NCBI GenBank assembly: GCA_045130275.1
Contig: JBGUPL010000085.1
Coordinates: 114-64,113 of the forward strand
Length of the DNA stretch: 64,000 nucleotides
Reading direction: 5' to 3'
DNA from: Bacteroidales bacterium
GTDB taxonomy: Bacteria; Bacteroidota; Bacteroidia; Bacteroidales; WCHB1-69
The notes under the pieces were generated by a model, which worked only from the letters and a program-made list of their open reading frames with translations, was not told the DNA's origin and did not search any database. Shown in pieces: positions 1 through 8,915 of this stretch; position 1 is the stretch's first letter, and the number at the start of each line of letters is the position of its first letter. A program made the translations under genes and the position numbers.

Positions 1-1
1 C

Positions 2-1690
2 TCTGGACCGGCGCACCTGCCGTGGCACCGCATGGCCAACCTCGACGGCTTCGGCGGTCCGCTGCCGATGTCGTGGCTGGAGGGGCAGAAGGAACTACAG
101 CAACAAATCGTCACCAGAGAGCGCGAGTTCAACATGACGCCGGTGCTGCCCGCTTTCGCCGGACACGTGCCCAAGCGGTTCGCCGAGATGCACCCCGAGG
201 CCGACATCCAGCAGCTGAGCGCGTGGTGCGGCTTCGAGCCCACCCACTTCCTCAACTCCTCCGACCCGCTCTTCGCCAAAATCCAGAAAAGCTTCATGGA
301 GAAGGAGATCGCCCTCTTCGGCACCGACCACATCTATGGCGTCGATCCCTTCAACGAAATGGACCCGCCCAGCTGGGAACCCGACTACCTCTCCAAAGTC
401 TCTCAATACATCTACTCCTCACTGCGACAGAGCGACCCCGCCGCCCGCTGGCTGCAGATGACCTGGGTGTTCTACTACAAACGCAAGTCGTGGACCCCCG
501 AACGGCTCCGCGCCTACCTCACCGCCGTGCCGCAGGACAAGCTCGTGCTGCTCGACTACTTCTGCGAGAAGACGGAGGTGTGGCGCACCACCGACGGCTT
601 CTACGGGCAGCCCTTCATCTGGTGCTATCTCGGCAACTTCGGCGGCAACACGATGCTGGTGGGCAACATCAACGAACTGGAGAAGAAACTCTCCGCCGCC
701 TTGGAGGAGGCCGGCCCCAATATGACCGGCATCGGCTCCACGTTGGAGTCATTTGACGTGAGCCCGCACATCTACGAGTACCTTTTCGACCGAGTATGGA
801 ACCCGCACCCCGATGTGCACCAATGGACGGATGATTGGTGCAAGGTGCGTTCAGGGTCGTATCATCATAGCGACAAATGGCGTTTGCTGGTTGACAGTAT
901 CTATAAAGACTGGTCGTTTTACGGTCTGGGGACGCAATTGGTAGCGCGACCCTCGCTGGAGGGCCACGGCACCTACTACACCAAACCCTACTATTCTTAT
1001 AATAATGACACGCTTAAAAAGATTTGCGAGTCATTTGTGGCAACACTCATTCTTGAGCCTTGTCGGGGATATGTTGGCACGAATTGGGAGGGTAAGTATA
1101 AAGATTCTTATAAATACGATATAGTCAACTTCTTCTCGCAATGGATGGGCAACCATTTTATGGACATCCGCAACAATTTTACGGTGGCGTATAAAAACCG
1201 CGATATCCAGGAGATGAAGCGGCAGGTGAAGATCGCCAACCGGTTGTTTGAAGATGTGGATGCGCTGCTCAACACGCACCCCGCCTTTATGTTGGGGCCG
1301 TGGATTGAGGCGGCCCGCGACTGGGGCGCAACGAAAGCCGAAAAAGACTATTACGAGCGGCAGGCGCGCACGCTGCTTACCGTTTGGGGCGGTCCTGTGC
1401 TCAACGACTACGCCAACCGGATGTGGGGCGGTTTGGTGAAGGACTATTATGCCAAACGCTGGAATCTTTTCTTCGGTGCCGTCATCAAAGCGGCCAAGCA
1501 GGGCCGGGAGTTCGACGAGAAGGCCTTCGGCGAGGAGCTCTCCAAGTTTGAACACGCCTGGACAATGAAGCACACGAAATATCCTGTGGAGCCGAAGAAA
1601 ACCAAAGAGAAAGTGCCCATAGATGAGTATTCTTTCCTGCCTCGGTTCGAAAAGGCTATGAAAATTTATGAGCGTTGGATGAAACCGTAG
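2..1690 (+). CDS. alpha-N-acetylglucosaminidase, GH89 (NAGLU-like); 5' end lies outside window
   Basis: Frame stays open from base 2 into track ORF 32..1690. Motifs MTPVLPAFAGHVP, GTDHIYGVDPFNEM, GQPFIWCYLGNFGGN and LNDYANRMWGGLVKDYY match NAGLU catalytic/C-terminal regions as I recall them. Confidence 0.85.
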   Translation, partial: SGPAHLPWHRMANLDGFGGPLPMSWLEGQKELQQQIVTREREFNMTPVLPAFAGHVPKRFAEMHPEADIQQLSAWCGFEPTHFLNSSDPLFAKIQKSFMEKEIALFGTDHIYGVDPFNEMDPPSWEPDYLSKVSQYIYSSLRQSDPAARWLQMTWVFYYKRKSWTPERLRAYLTAVPQDKLVLLDYFCEKTEVWRTTDGFYGQPFIWCYLGNFGGNTMLVGNINELEKKLSAALEEAGPNMTGIGSTLESFDVSPHIYEYLFDRVWNPHPDVHQWTDDWCKVRSGSYHHSDKWRLLVDSIYKDWSFYGLGTQLVARPSLEGHGTYYTKPYYSYNNDTLKKICESFVATLILEPCRGYVGTNWEGKYKDSYKYDIVNFFSQWMGNHFMDIRNNFTVAYKNRDIQEMKRQVKIANRLFEDVDALLNTHPAFMLGPWIEAARDWGATKAEKDYYERQARTLLTVWGGPVLNDYANRMWGGLVKDYYAKRWNLFFGAVIKAAKQGREFDEKAFGEELSKFEHAWTMKHTKYPVEPKKTKEKVPIDEYSFLPRFEKAMKIYERWMKP

Positions 1691-1756
1691 AGACAGGGTG
1701 TTCCCCGACCCCACAGGGCTGAAAACGTATAATTCGGTATATATAACCATATTTTG

Positions 1757-1764
1757 TACCTTTG
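1757..1764 (+). promoter_or_regulatory. -7 box TACCTTTG (Bacteroidota TAnnTTTG consensus)
   Basis: Exact TAnnTTTG match 33 nt upstream of ATG 1798. Confidence 0.45.
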
Positions 1765-1797
1765 CAGCATTGTTTTTTTTATGTATTATCGATATTT

Positions 1798-3123
1798 ATG
1801 TACGACAACAATCCTTTGAAAACCAATAATTTGAAACTCGTTGAGCAGCGATATTTGCTCCCGTTCATCCTGATCACCTCGCTGTTCGCGCTATGGGGGT
1901 TCGCCAACGACATCACCAATCCGATGGTTGCAGCGTTCCAGACAGTGATGGAACTGAGCGCGGCGAAAGCCTCCCTTGTGCAGTTCGCCTTCTACGGCGG
2001 ATACGCCACGATGGCCATCCCGGCGGCGCTCTTCATCCGGAAATTCTCCTACAAAAAGGGCATCCTGCTCGGCCTCGCCCTCTATGCTGTGGGAGCCTTC
2101 CTCTTCATTCCCGCTGCCGCCTACCAAAAGTTCTCCTTCTTCTGCCTCTCGCTCTACATCCTCACGTTCGGATTAGCGTTTCTCGAAACCACCGCGAGTC
2201 CCTTCATCCTCTCGCTCGGGCGCAAGGAGAACGCCACGCGCCGGCTGAACCTCGCGCAGTCGTTCAATCCGATGGGCTCGCTCTGCGGCATGTCCGTGGC
2301 CTCACTCGTTGTGCTGCCCAACCTGCTTTCCGACCAGCGCGACGCGGCGGGGAACATACTCTTCCCCACCCTTTCGGAAGCCGAGAAGGCCTCCATCCGT
2401 CTCCACGACCTGGCAGTGATCCGCGACCCTTACGTGGCCATCGGGCTTATCGTGCTCATTATGTTCATCGTCATCGCATTGGTGAAAATGCCCGACACGA
2501 CAGGTTCCGGCGAAAAGCAGAACAGCATCCGACAGACACTTTCAAATCTTTGGCACAACAAAGTCTATCGCCAAGGCGTTTTCACACAAATTTTCTATGT
2601 GGCCGCGCAGATCATGACATGGACTTTTATCATACAATATGCTGATAATCTTGGAATTAACAAAGCTACGGCGCAGAATTACAATATTGTGGCTATGATC
2701 CTCTTCCTTTGTGGACGCTTCATTTCCACCTTCCTGATGAAATACGTCAACGGTCGCAAACTACTGGCCATCTTTGGCGTATGCGCTGCTTTATGCGCCT
2801 TAGGGGCGGTTTTGGTCGTCGGAATGCCAGGATTGTACTGTCTGGTGGGCATCAGCATCTTCATGAGCCTGATGTTCCCGACAATCTATGGCATTGCATT
2901 AGAGAATGTCTCCTTGCAGGACAGCACCTTAGGCGCGGCCTTCTTGGTGATGGCCATCGTCGGCGGAGCACTGATGCCCCCGTTGCAGGGCATGGTCATC
3001 GACTGCGGCACTATTCTCGGTCACCCAGCCGTCAATGTCAGCTACGCACTGCCCCTGATCTGTTTCATCATTGTCAGTCTGTATGGGATAGTTTCTTATA
3101 AAAGAGAAAAGGCAATGAAATAG
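1798..3123 (+). CDS. MFS sugar:H+ symporter, FucP/GluP family
   Basis: Track ORF starts at TTG 1762; the first ATG at 1798 follows the -7 box. About 12 hydrophobic segments. LPFILITSLFALWGFANDITNPMV and FAFYGGYATMAIPAA resemble fucose/glucose-galactose permeases. Confidence 0.75.
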   Translation: MYDNNPLKTNNLKLVEQRYLLPFILITSLFALWGFANDITNPMVAAFQTVMELSAAKASLVQFAFYGGYATMAIPAALFIRKFSYKKGILLGLALYAVGAFLFIPAAAYQKFSFFCLSLYILTFGLAFLETTASPFILSLGRKENATRRLNLAQSFNPMGSLCGMSVASLVVLPNLLSDQRDAAGNILFPTLSEAEKASIRLHDLAVIRDPYVAIGLIVLIMFIVIALVKMPDTTGSGEKQNSIRQTLSNLWHNKVYRQGVFTQIFYVAAQIMTWTFIIQYADNLGINKATAQNYNIVAMILFLCGRFISTFLMKYVNGRKLLAIFGVCAALCALGAVLVVGMPGLYCLVGISIFMSLMFPTIYGIALENVSLQDSTLGAAFLVMAIVGGALMPPLQGMVIDCGTILGHPAVNVSYALPLICFIIVSLYGIVSYKREKAMK

Positions 3124-3152
3124 CAAACAGCCCTGTCTTTCGCTCAAAAGCG

Positions 3153-3953
3153 CTACTTCTTTAATTCTTTGCGAATTGCTTTGACTTCTTGAAACAATAC
3201 AGGATAGTTCGGCTCAAAGCGAGACGGGAAACGGGAAAACAGCGCCAAGAACTCCACATTCTTCTGACGTTCAAAAAGCGTTGAAACCGACAGCTTCTGC
3301 AAGTAAAAGCGATGGTTTAACGCTTCATTCGTCACCTTTTGGATAGCCGTTCGGTAACCTTTTTCATCCGTCACGATTCCGCTTTTATTCAAAAAAGAAG
3401 GCCCCGCCTCAAACTGCGGTTTGATCAAAAACATCATCTGTCCGTCCGGTTTCAAGAATGGATCAATATTGGGGATAATGTAGGTCAACGAAATGAAAGA
3501 CACATCCGACACAACAAAATCAAACATCTGATTATGAATATCTTGCGGGGTTAATACTCGAAAATCTTGATTCTCGAGCGACGTCACTTTAGGGTTGTTG
3601 CGCAACGACTCCACGAGTTGTGCGGTACCCACGTCCACAGCCGTTACCGAAGCGGCGCCGTGCTGAAGGGCGCAGTCCGTGAACCCGCCCGTGGAAGCAC
3701 CGATGTCCAGCACCGATTTCCCGGTGAAATCCAGCCCGAAATCCTTGATGGCTTTCTCCAATTTCAGCCCGCCCATGCTGACATACTTGTTGAAAAGGTC
3801 GATCACCTCCACGCGCATGGTTTCCGTGATCTCCATGGAGGCCTTCGTCACGATACGCCCCTCCACCATCACGGTCTCGTGCTTGATGGCGGTCTGGGCT
3901 TTCTCCCGAGAGGGGAAGAAGTTGTTGTCGGTTAGATATTTGTCTAATCTCAT
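3153..3953 (-). CDS. tlyA: TlyA-family rRNA 2'-O-methyltransferase (hemolysin A-like)
   Basis: S4-like N-terminus MRLDKYL, SAM-binding VLDIGASTGGFTD, 266 aa. Confidence 0.8.
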   Translation of the reverse strand: MRLDKYLTDNNFFPSREKAQTAIKHETVMVEGRIVTKASMEITETMRVEVIDLFNKYVSMGGLKLEKAIKDFGLDFTGKSVLDIGASTGGFTDCALQHGAASVTAVDVGTAQLVESLRNNPKVTSLENQDFRVLTPQDIHNQMFDFVVSDVSFISLTYIIPNIDPFLKPDGQMMFLIKPQFEAGPSFLNKSGIVTDEKGYRTAIQKVTNEALNHRFYLQKLSVSTLFERQKNVEFLALFSRFPSRFEPNYPVLFQEVKAIRKELKK

Positions 3954-3958
3954 TAAAA

Positions 3959-3986
3959 GGTTAATGGTTAACGGTTAATGGTTAAT
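3959..3986. repeat. heptamer tandem array GGTTAAT/GGTTAAC x4
   Basis: GGTTAAT GGTTAAC GGTTAAT GGTTAAT read directly. It ends 5 nt from the tlyA ATG (3953) on the minus strand. TTAA every 7 bp gives TAA in all three frames on both strands. Confidence 0.9.
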
Positions 3987-4014
3987 GAGAGGATTCGTTG
4001 GGGACATGTATTTC

Positions 4015-4042
4015 GTAGGGGCGAATAATTATTCGCCCCTAC
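4015..4042. repeat. REP-like perfect 28-bp palindrome GTAGGGGCGAATAATTATTCGCCCCTAC
   Basis: Perfect inverted repeat (14+14) beginning 6 nt after the ftsK stop (4049-4051). A near-identical copy lies at 32317..32344. Probable terminator hairpin without a U-tract. Confidence 0.85.
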
Positions 4043-4048
4043 AATATC

Positions 4049-6631
4049 TCATAACAATTGCAAATCCGCCAAATGTTGCCTTAATTCCGCCTCGGTCTTG
4101 ATGAGGACCTGACGGGGTTTGCTGCCGCTGCCGGGGCCGACGATTTTGAGGTCTTCGAGCTGGTCCATAATTCGGCCGGCGCGGTTGTAACCAAGACTCA
4201 GCTTGCGCTGGATCGAGGAGGTGGAGCCCTGCTGGGTCTGCACAATAAGCGTGGCAGCATCTATCAGCATGGGATCCAACTCGTTGGGGTTCACCGACTC
4301 CTCGCCGCGTCCGTTGCCCTCTTCACCGGGCTCGGGGACGTCGGGCAACTCGTAAGGTTCCAGCAAAGGACGTTCAAGTTCCTGTTTTTCGATAAATTCC
4401 GCAATCTGCTCCACCTCCGGCGTGTCAACGAAAGCACACTGGAGACGGACCACGTCGCTGCCGGTGGAAATGAGCATGTCGCCCTTGCCAATGAGCTGGT
4501 TGGCACCGGTGGCATCGAGAATCGTCTTGGAATCGACACCCGACTGCACACGGAAGGCGATACGTGCCGGGAAGTTGGCCTTGATGCTGCCGGTGATGAT
4601 GTTCACGGACGGACGCTGCGTGGCGATGACCAGATGAATGCCGATGGCACGGGCCAATTGCGCCAGACGGGCCAGCGGCTGCTCCACTTCTCGTCCTGCC
4701 GTCATGATCAAGTCACCGAACTCATCGATGACCACCACGATGTACGGCATATAGCGGTGTCCGAAAGCCGGCGACAGCTCGCGGGCGCAAAACTTGGCAT
4801 TGTACTCCTTGATGTTGCGCATCTTGGCGGCCTTCAGCAGATCGTAGCGCGTGTCCATCTCGACGCAGAGGGAGTTGAGCGTGCGCACCACCTTCTTGGT
4901 GTCCGTGATGATGGCGTCGCCGTTGTCGGGCAGCGTCGCCAGATAATAGTTCTCGATGGCAGAATATAGTGTGAACTCCACCTTCTTGGGATCCACCAAC
5001 ACGAATTTCATCTCGCATGGATGTTTCGTGTAAAGCAACGAGGTGATGATAGCGTTCAAACCGACCGATTTGCCTTGACCGGTGGCGCCAGCGACAAGCA
5101 AGTGCGGCATCTTCGCCAAATCCACCACAAAAGACTCGTTGTTGATGGTTTTACCCAACCCGATGGGCAACGCGTAGTTGTTTTTCTTGAATTTCTCGGA
5201 ATTGATGATCTCACGCATGGAGACGATGTTGGGGTTCTTGTTGGGAACCTCAATACCGATGGTGCCGCGACCCGGAATCGGCGCGATGATACGGATACCG
5301 AGGGCGGAGAGGCTTAGCGCGATATCGTCCTCCAAATTCTTGATCTTGCTGATGCGGACACCCTCTTTCGGCACAATCTCGTACAACGTCACCGTCGGGC
5401 CGACCACGGCGGAGATGCTCTTGATGGCGATGCCGAAGCTGAGCAACGTTTTCTCGATGCTCACCTTGTTCTCCATCAACTCCTTCTTGATCAGTTCCTC
5501 GGTGGAGGCGGTGTAGGGATAATCCTTGAGCAAATCGACCGGCGGGAACTCGAAGTGGGAGAGTTCTTTGCGCGGGTCGTAGGGTTCCAAATTGTGGACC
5601 TCCTCGGGCGTAAGTTCATGCGGTTGTTCCGCCTCGTCAGCGGCGACTTCCGCCTCGTCAACATCATCCACAGTGTCAACGGTTTTGTCATTCGTGTTGA
5701 CGAAATCGAAGGGGATGTCCGGCGTGTCAACCTCCGGAGTGTCCTCGACGAAGAGGTCGTTAGCCGTCATCACATCCTCATTGCCCAGGTCGTCTTCCGG
5801 TTCCTTGTTATCCACAAAATCATAGGTTTTTGTGGCGTATTCCTTGCTGAGGGCACCGTGGTCGGTAATGTATAGATCCGGCTGGTCCTCGTGCTGCGTA
5901 CGGGAAACGGGGATCGACTGGTACGCCTCATCACGTCTTTTCTCTGCCTTTCGCTCTCGGATATCAACAGCCCATTGTTGAAGTCTCCCGAAGAGGCCGG
6001 CAAACGAGAAATCATAACAAAACACCAAAATCAGCACCAGAACGGCAAGATCAAGCAGAACGGTGAAGAGAAGGCCGACTTTATCAATCAAATACTGGCA
6101 GACAAAATTCCCGAAATTACCCGCCAGAAAGGAATTATCCGTGTTATAGCCGATCAGGCCGAAGGTGATGGAGAGCCACGCCATCGTCATGATGACAGCG
6201 AAAGTGGTGCGGCCCAACGGAAGCAGCGACTTGCCTGTGATCAACCGTATGCCATACAACAAGATGAGAAACGGGAACCCGACGGACGAAACGCCGAAGA
6301 AAAACTGGATGAAGAAGTATGAAAGAAAAGCCCCTACCCCTTTGGCGAGATTGGGCACCTCCTGCGAGCGGTCGCCCACGACGAAGGAAACGTTCTCGTG
6401 CGCATTGAAGTAGAACGAAAAGATAGAGAGAAAGAGCAGCACGGAGAACAAAAGCAGCACAACCCCGTAAAAGACAATCATTTTCCTTCCTGAAAGGAAC
6501 TCCAAGAGAGAGAAAGAGGAACCTCTGGTCTTCTTGCCGGCCGCCGATTTCCGCGAAGGTTTCTTGGACGCACCACCGTTTTGCGAGTCGGCGAACTTCT
6601 TCATGTTCGATGTATTCGATTTCTTTGCCAC
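4049..6631 (-). CDS. ftsK: DNA translocase FtsK
   Basis: N-terminal TM segments, acidic linker, motor domain with Walker A GATGQGKS, and C-terminal gamma domain SSIQRKLSLGYNRAGRIMDQLE. Confidence 0.92.
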   Translation of the reverse strand: MAKKSNTSNMKKFADSQNGGASKKPSRKSAAGKKTRGSSFSLLEFLSGRKMIVFYGVVLLLFSVLLFLSIFSFYFNAHENVSFVVGDRSQEVPNLAKGVGAFLSYFFIQFFFGVSSVGFPFLILLYGIRLITGKSLLPLGRTTFAVIMTMAWLSITFGLIGYNTDNSFLAGNFGNFVCQYLIDKVGLLFTVLLDLAVLVLILVFCYDFSFAGLFGRLQQWAVDIRERKAEKRRDEAYQSIPVSRTQHEDQPDLYITDHGALSKEYATKTYDFVDNKEPEDDLGNEDVMTANDLFVEDTPEVDTPDIPFDFVNTNDKTVDTVDDVDEAEVAADEAEQPHELTPEEVHNLEPYDPRKELSHFEFPPVDLLKDYPYTASTEELIKKELMENKVSIEKTLLSFGIAIKSISAVVGPTVTLYEIVPKEGVRISKIKNLEDDIALSLSALGIRIIAPIPGRGTIGIEVPNKNPNIVSMREIINSEKFKKNNYALPIGLGKTINNESFVVDLAKMPHLLVAGATGQGKSVGLNAIITSLLYTKHPCEMKFVLVDPKKVEFTLYSAIENYYLATLPDNGDAIITDTKKVVRTLNSLCVEMDTRYDLLKAAKMRNIKEYNAKFCARELSPAFGHRYMPYIVVVIDEFGDLIMTAGREVEQPLARLAQLARAIGIHLVIATQRPSVNIITGSIKANFPARIAFRVQSGVDSKTILDATGANQLIGKGDMLISTGSDVVRLQCAFVDTPEVEQIAEFIEKQELERPLLEPYELPDVPEPGEEGNGRGEESVNPNELDPMLIDAATLIVQTQQGSTSSIQRKLSLGYNRAGRIMDQLEDLKIVGPGSGSKPRQVLIKTEAELRQHLADLQLL

Positions 6632-6680
6632 TTCTTTGTATTTTGACTTAGACTTAAACTATTTGATTTTGAGTTTTAGT

Positions 6681-6722
6681 ATTGGCCATTGGCATTATCA
6701 CTAATCACAATTCACCAATCAC
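6681..6722. repeat. degenerate 7-8 bp array (ATTGGCC ATTGGC ATTATCAC TAATCAC AATTCAC CAATCAC)
   Basis: Read directly; lies 50-90 nt upstream of the ftsK ATG (6631, minus strand). Confidence 0.6.
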
Positions 6723-6776
6723 TAAATTTCAACGAACAAAAATACAATATTTAAAGGAAACGCCCGTTATTTGCTA

Positions 6777-6829
6777 TGGTTTTATATAAACACCGTAATG
6801 TTGGTTTTATATAAACATCACAATGTTGG
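6777..6829 (+). promoter_or_regulatory. 25-bp direct repeat x2 (+TGG), each copy containing the palindrome TTTATATAAA; candidate operator upstream of exbB
   Basis: TGGTTTTATATAAACACCGTAATGT / TGGTTTTATATAAACATCACAATGT, 22 of 25 identical by my alignment. It ends about 42 nt upstream of the -7 box at 6871. Confidence 0.5.
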
Positions 6830-6870
6830 AAAAAATCTCGGGAAAAAGAAATTTTTAGCCAATAAGGGCG

Positions 6871-6878
6871 TATTTTTG
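6871..6878 (+). promoter_or_regulatory. -7 box TATTTTTG
   Basis: Exact TAnnTTTG 10 nt before ATG 6889 (second ATG at 6895). Confidence 0.4.
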
Positions 6879-6888
6879 CATAAAATTT

Positions 6889-7596
6889 ATGAGTATGAAA
6901 TTACTGACAGTTTTATTGGCGGCAATTAACGATTCCATGGCTGTGACGAACGCCGTGGAGCCGCATATTGAAGAGACTTCTTATTTTAAATTGGTGTTCG
7001 CAATCAACAGTTTGTGGATCATCATCCCGCTGATCCTGATGCTGGCCTTCGCCATCTACTTCTTCGTGAAAAAGCTTCTGGTGGTGAACCGCGCCTCGCA
7101 GGAGGAAGGCAACTTCATGAACAACATCCGCGACTTCATCCACGACGGGAAGCTGGACTCCGCGGTGGCCCTGTGCCGCAGCAACAACAACCCCACCGCC
7201 CGCATGATTGACAAGGGTCTGTCGCGTCTCGGCCGTCCTTTGGACGACATCCGCACGGCCATCGAGAATGAAGGCAACCTGGAAGTCTCCCGGCTGGAAA
7301 AAGGCGTCTCCGCCTTGGCCACCATCGCCGCCGTCGCCCCGATGATGGGTTTCCTCGGCACTGTGGTCGGCATGGTGGGCGCGTTCCACAACATGGCCGC
7401 TGACCCCAACAACTTCAACATCGGCACCCTGTCCTCCGGCATCTACACCGCCATGATCACCACGGTGGGCGGTCTGGTCGTCGGCATCATCGCCCTGGTA
7501 TTCCACAACTTGCTGATATCCAGAATCTCCAATGTTGTCTATATGCTGGAGGTGCGCACCACCGAATTCATGGATCTGCTTCACGAGAACGCATAA
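6889..7596 (+). CDS. exbB: MotA/TolQ/ExbB proton-channel protein
   Basis: Three-TM architecture with a C-terminal conserved region (GFLGTVVGMVGAF...GLVVGIIAL). First gene of an exbB-exbD-tonB-like operon. Confidence 0.8.
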   Translation: MSMKLLTVLLAAINDSMAVTNAVEPHIEETSYFKLVFAINSLWIIIPLILMLAFAIYFFVKKLLVVNRASQEEGNFMNNIRDFIHDGKLDSAVALCRSNNNPTARMIDKGLSRLGRPLDDIRTAIENEGNLEVSRLEKGVSALATIAAVAPMMGFLGTVVGMVGAFHNMAADPNNFNIGTLSSGIYTAMITTVGGLVVGIIALVFHNLLISRISNVVYMLEVRTTEFMDLLHENA

Positions 7597-7608
7597 GACC
7601 TCGCTGCC

Positions 7609-8049
7609 ATGGCTATCAAGATGCAAAACCGCATTGACCCGACGTTCAGCGCGACCTCCATGTCCGACTTGGTGTTCCTGCTGCTGATCTTCTTCATGCT
7701 CACCTCGACGATGATTTCGCCTAACGCCATCAACCTCGTCCTGCCGAAGAGCACTGCGGAGAAACAGTTGTCGAACAGACAGTTGGAAGTCTATATCGAC
7801 GCTGATCTCAACTATTATGTGAACCCCGAAGGTTCTTCTGCGCAACCCACCCCTTACGAGGATCTGCTCCCCGCGCTTATGGGTGCCGTGGAACAGGACG
7901 CCTCCGCCCAGAAAAACATCATCCTCCGCGCCGACAAGAGCGTCCCGATCGAGAACGTGGTCGCGCTGATGGATGTACTCAACGAATTGAACGAGAACTT
8001 CCCCGAGGAAGAGAGATATAAAATGGTACTTGCCACAGAAGCCAAATGA
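7609..8049 (+). CDS. exbD: ExbD/TolR biopolymer transport protein
   Basis: Single N-terminal TM (MSDLVFLLLIFFMLTS), periplasmic domain, 146 aa; 12 nt after exbB. Confidence 0.8.
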   Translation: MAIKMQNRIDPTFSATSMSDLVFLLLIFFMLTSTMISPNAINLVLPKSTAEKQLSNRQLEVYIDADLNYYVNPEGSSAQPTPYEDLLPALMGAVEQDASAQKNIILRADKSVPIENVVALMDVLNELNENFPEEERYKMVLATEAK

Positions 8050-8741
8050 TCAAAACTAACGAGAATAGGAAAGACAACGTGATTGCATGGTGCTCGACAA
8101 TCGGCACCATGACATTGCTGTTGATTTTGCTTCTGGCTTGCAGTCTGAAGACGCAAATTCCCCCGCCTCCGCCAAAACAGATGGTCTATGTCGATATTGA
8201 ACCCATGGGCGGCGGCGGTGGTGGCGGTACCCCTCAGACAGCCTCTAACCCGAAGCCCACGACCGGGCAGAACTACGCCACCCAGAACGCCCAGGACGCT
8301 CCGGCAGTGACCCACTCGAACCGGACCTCGACCAACAACACCCAGACCGTTCCCACCACGCCGAAACCCGACCAGTCGTCCATGTACCACGGTCGCGGCG
8401 GAAGCGGTAGCGGCGGCGGTTCCGGCTCCGGTATCGGCAGCGGCACAGGCTCCGGCCTCGGTCCCGGCGAAGGCGCGGGCAGCGGCGGCGGCATCGGCTA
8501 CGGCACCGGCCACCGCGGCATGATCAACAACATCGACGCCACCGTCAACGAGGAAGGACAGGTCTGCGTGGAAGTGCACATCGCCGCCGACGGCCACGTC
8601 ATCGACGCGCGCGTCATCAACAACAACAAGCACAAGACCACCATCACGAACCGCAACATCCAGCAACAGTGCGTGGCCCGCGCAAAACAGGCCATATACA
8701 AGCCCGGCAAGGAGGAATTGCGGATTATTGTTTTCAGCTAA
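8046..8741 (+). CDS. tonB: TonB-like energy transducer (Pro- and Gly/Ser-rich spacer)
   Basis: ATGA start/stop overlap with exbD. N-terminal TM, PPPPP, long G/S-rich low-complexity spacer, short C-terminal beta-alpha domain. Called from architecture and operon position. Confidence 0.6.
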   Translation: MIKTNENRKDNVIAWCSTIGTMTLLLILLLACSLKTQIPPPPPKQMVYVDIEPMGGGGGGGTPQTASNPKPTTGQNYATQNAQDAPAVTHSNRTSTNNTQTVPTTPKPDQSSMYHGRGGSGSGGGSGSGIGSGTGSGLGPGEGAGSGGGIGYGTGHRGMINNIDATVNEEGQVCVEVHIAADGHVIDARVINNNKHKTTITNRNIQQQCVARAKQAIYKPGKEELRIIVFS

Positions 8742-8745
8742 CGGC

Positions 8746-8785
8746 GAATTTTACGAATTTAAGAATTTTAAGAATTTAAGAATTG
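8746..8785. repeat. 8-9 bp tandem array GAATTT(T)AA x4-5
   Basis: GAATTTTAC GAATTTAA GAATTTTAA GAATTTAA GAATTG, starting 5 nt after the tonB stop. Confidence 0.8.
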
Positions 8786-8795
8786 TTCTATACTG

Positions 8796-8825
8796 ATGAG
8801 GGCTATGCTTATACATGGTCCTCAT
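8796..8825 (+). terminator. imperfect 12-bp-stem hairpin flanked by 9-bp direct repeats TTCTATACT
   Basis: ATGAGGGCTATG cttata CATGGTCCTCAT (10 of 12 paired). TTCTATACT occurs at 8786-8794 and 8829-8837. Confidence 0.4.
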
Positions 8826-8862
8826 TCTTTCTATACTACAATCTCATAATCCAAAAAAAAAC

Positions 8863-8870
8863 TATCTTTG
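8863..8870 (+). promoter_or_regulatory. -7 box TATCTTTG
   Basis: Exact TAnnTTTG 45 nt upstream of folC ATG 8916. Confidence 0.45.
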
Positions 8871-8915
8871 CACCCCTAAATCCACTTTTGAACTTTGAAT
8901 CTTGAAAATAACAAT

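Noticed and set aside
32-1690. ATG at 32 as the true start of the GH89 gene
   Set aside because: The frame is open to base 2, and the 552-aa product lacks the N-terminal and first part of the catalytic domain expected for NAGLU-like enzymes. The gene is truncated by the window edge.
4015-4042. The 28-bp palindromes (also 32317..32344) as IS/MITE termini
   Set aside because: No transposase gene, no internal sequence between paired ends and no target-site duplication. They behave as stand-alone REP/terminator-like hairpins.
6913-7845. 310-aa ORF antisense to exbB/exbD (and similarly 7854..8666, 270 aa, antisense to exbD/tonB)
   Set aside because: These are shadow ORFs on the opposite strand of genes with clear family signatures. 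The translations are low-complexity (H/G/D/R-rich) and there is no start context.
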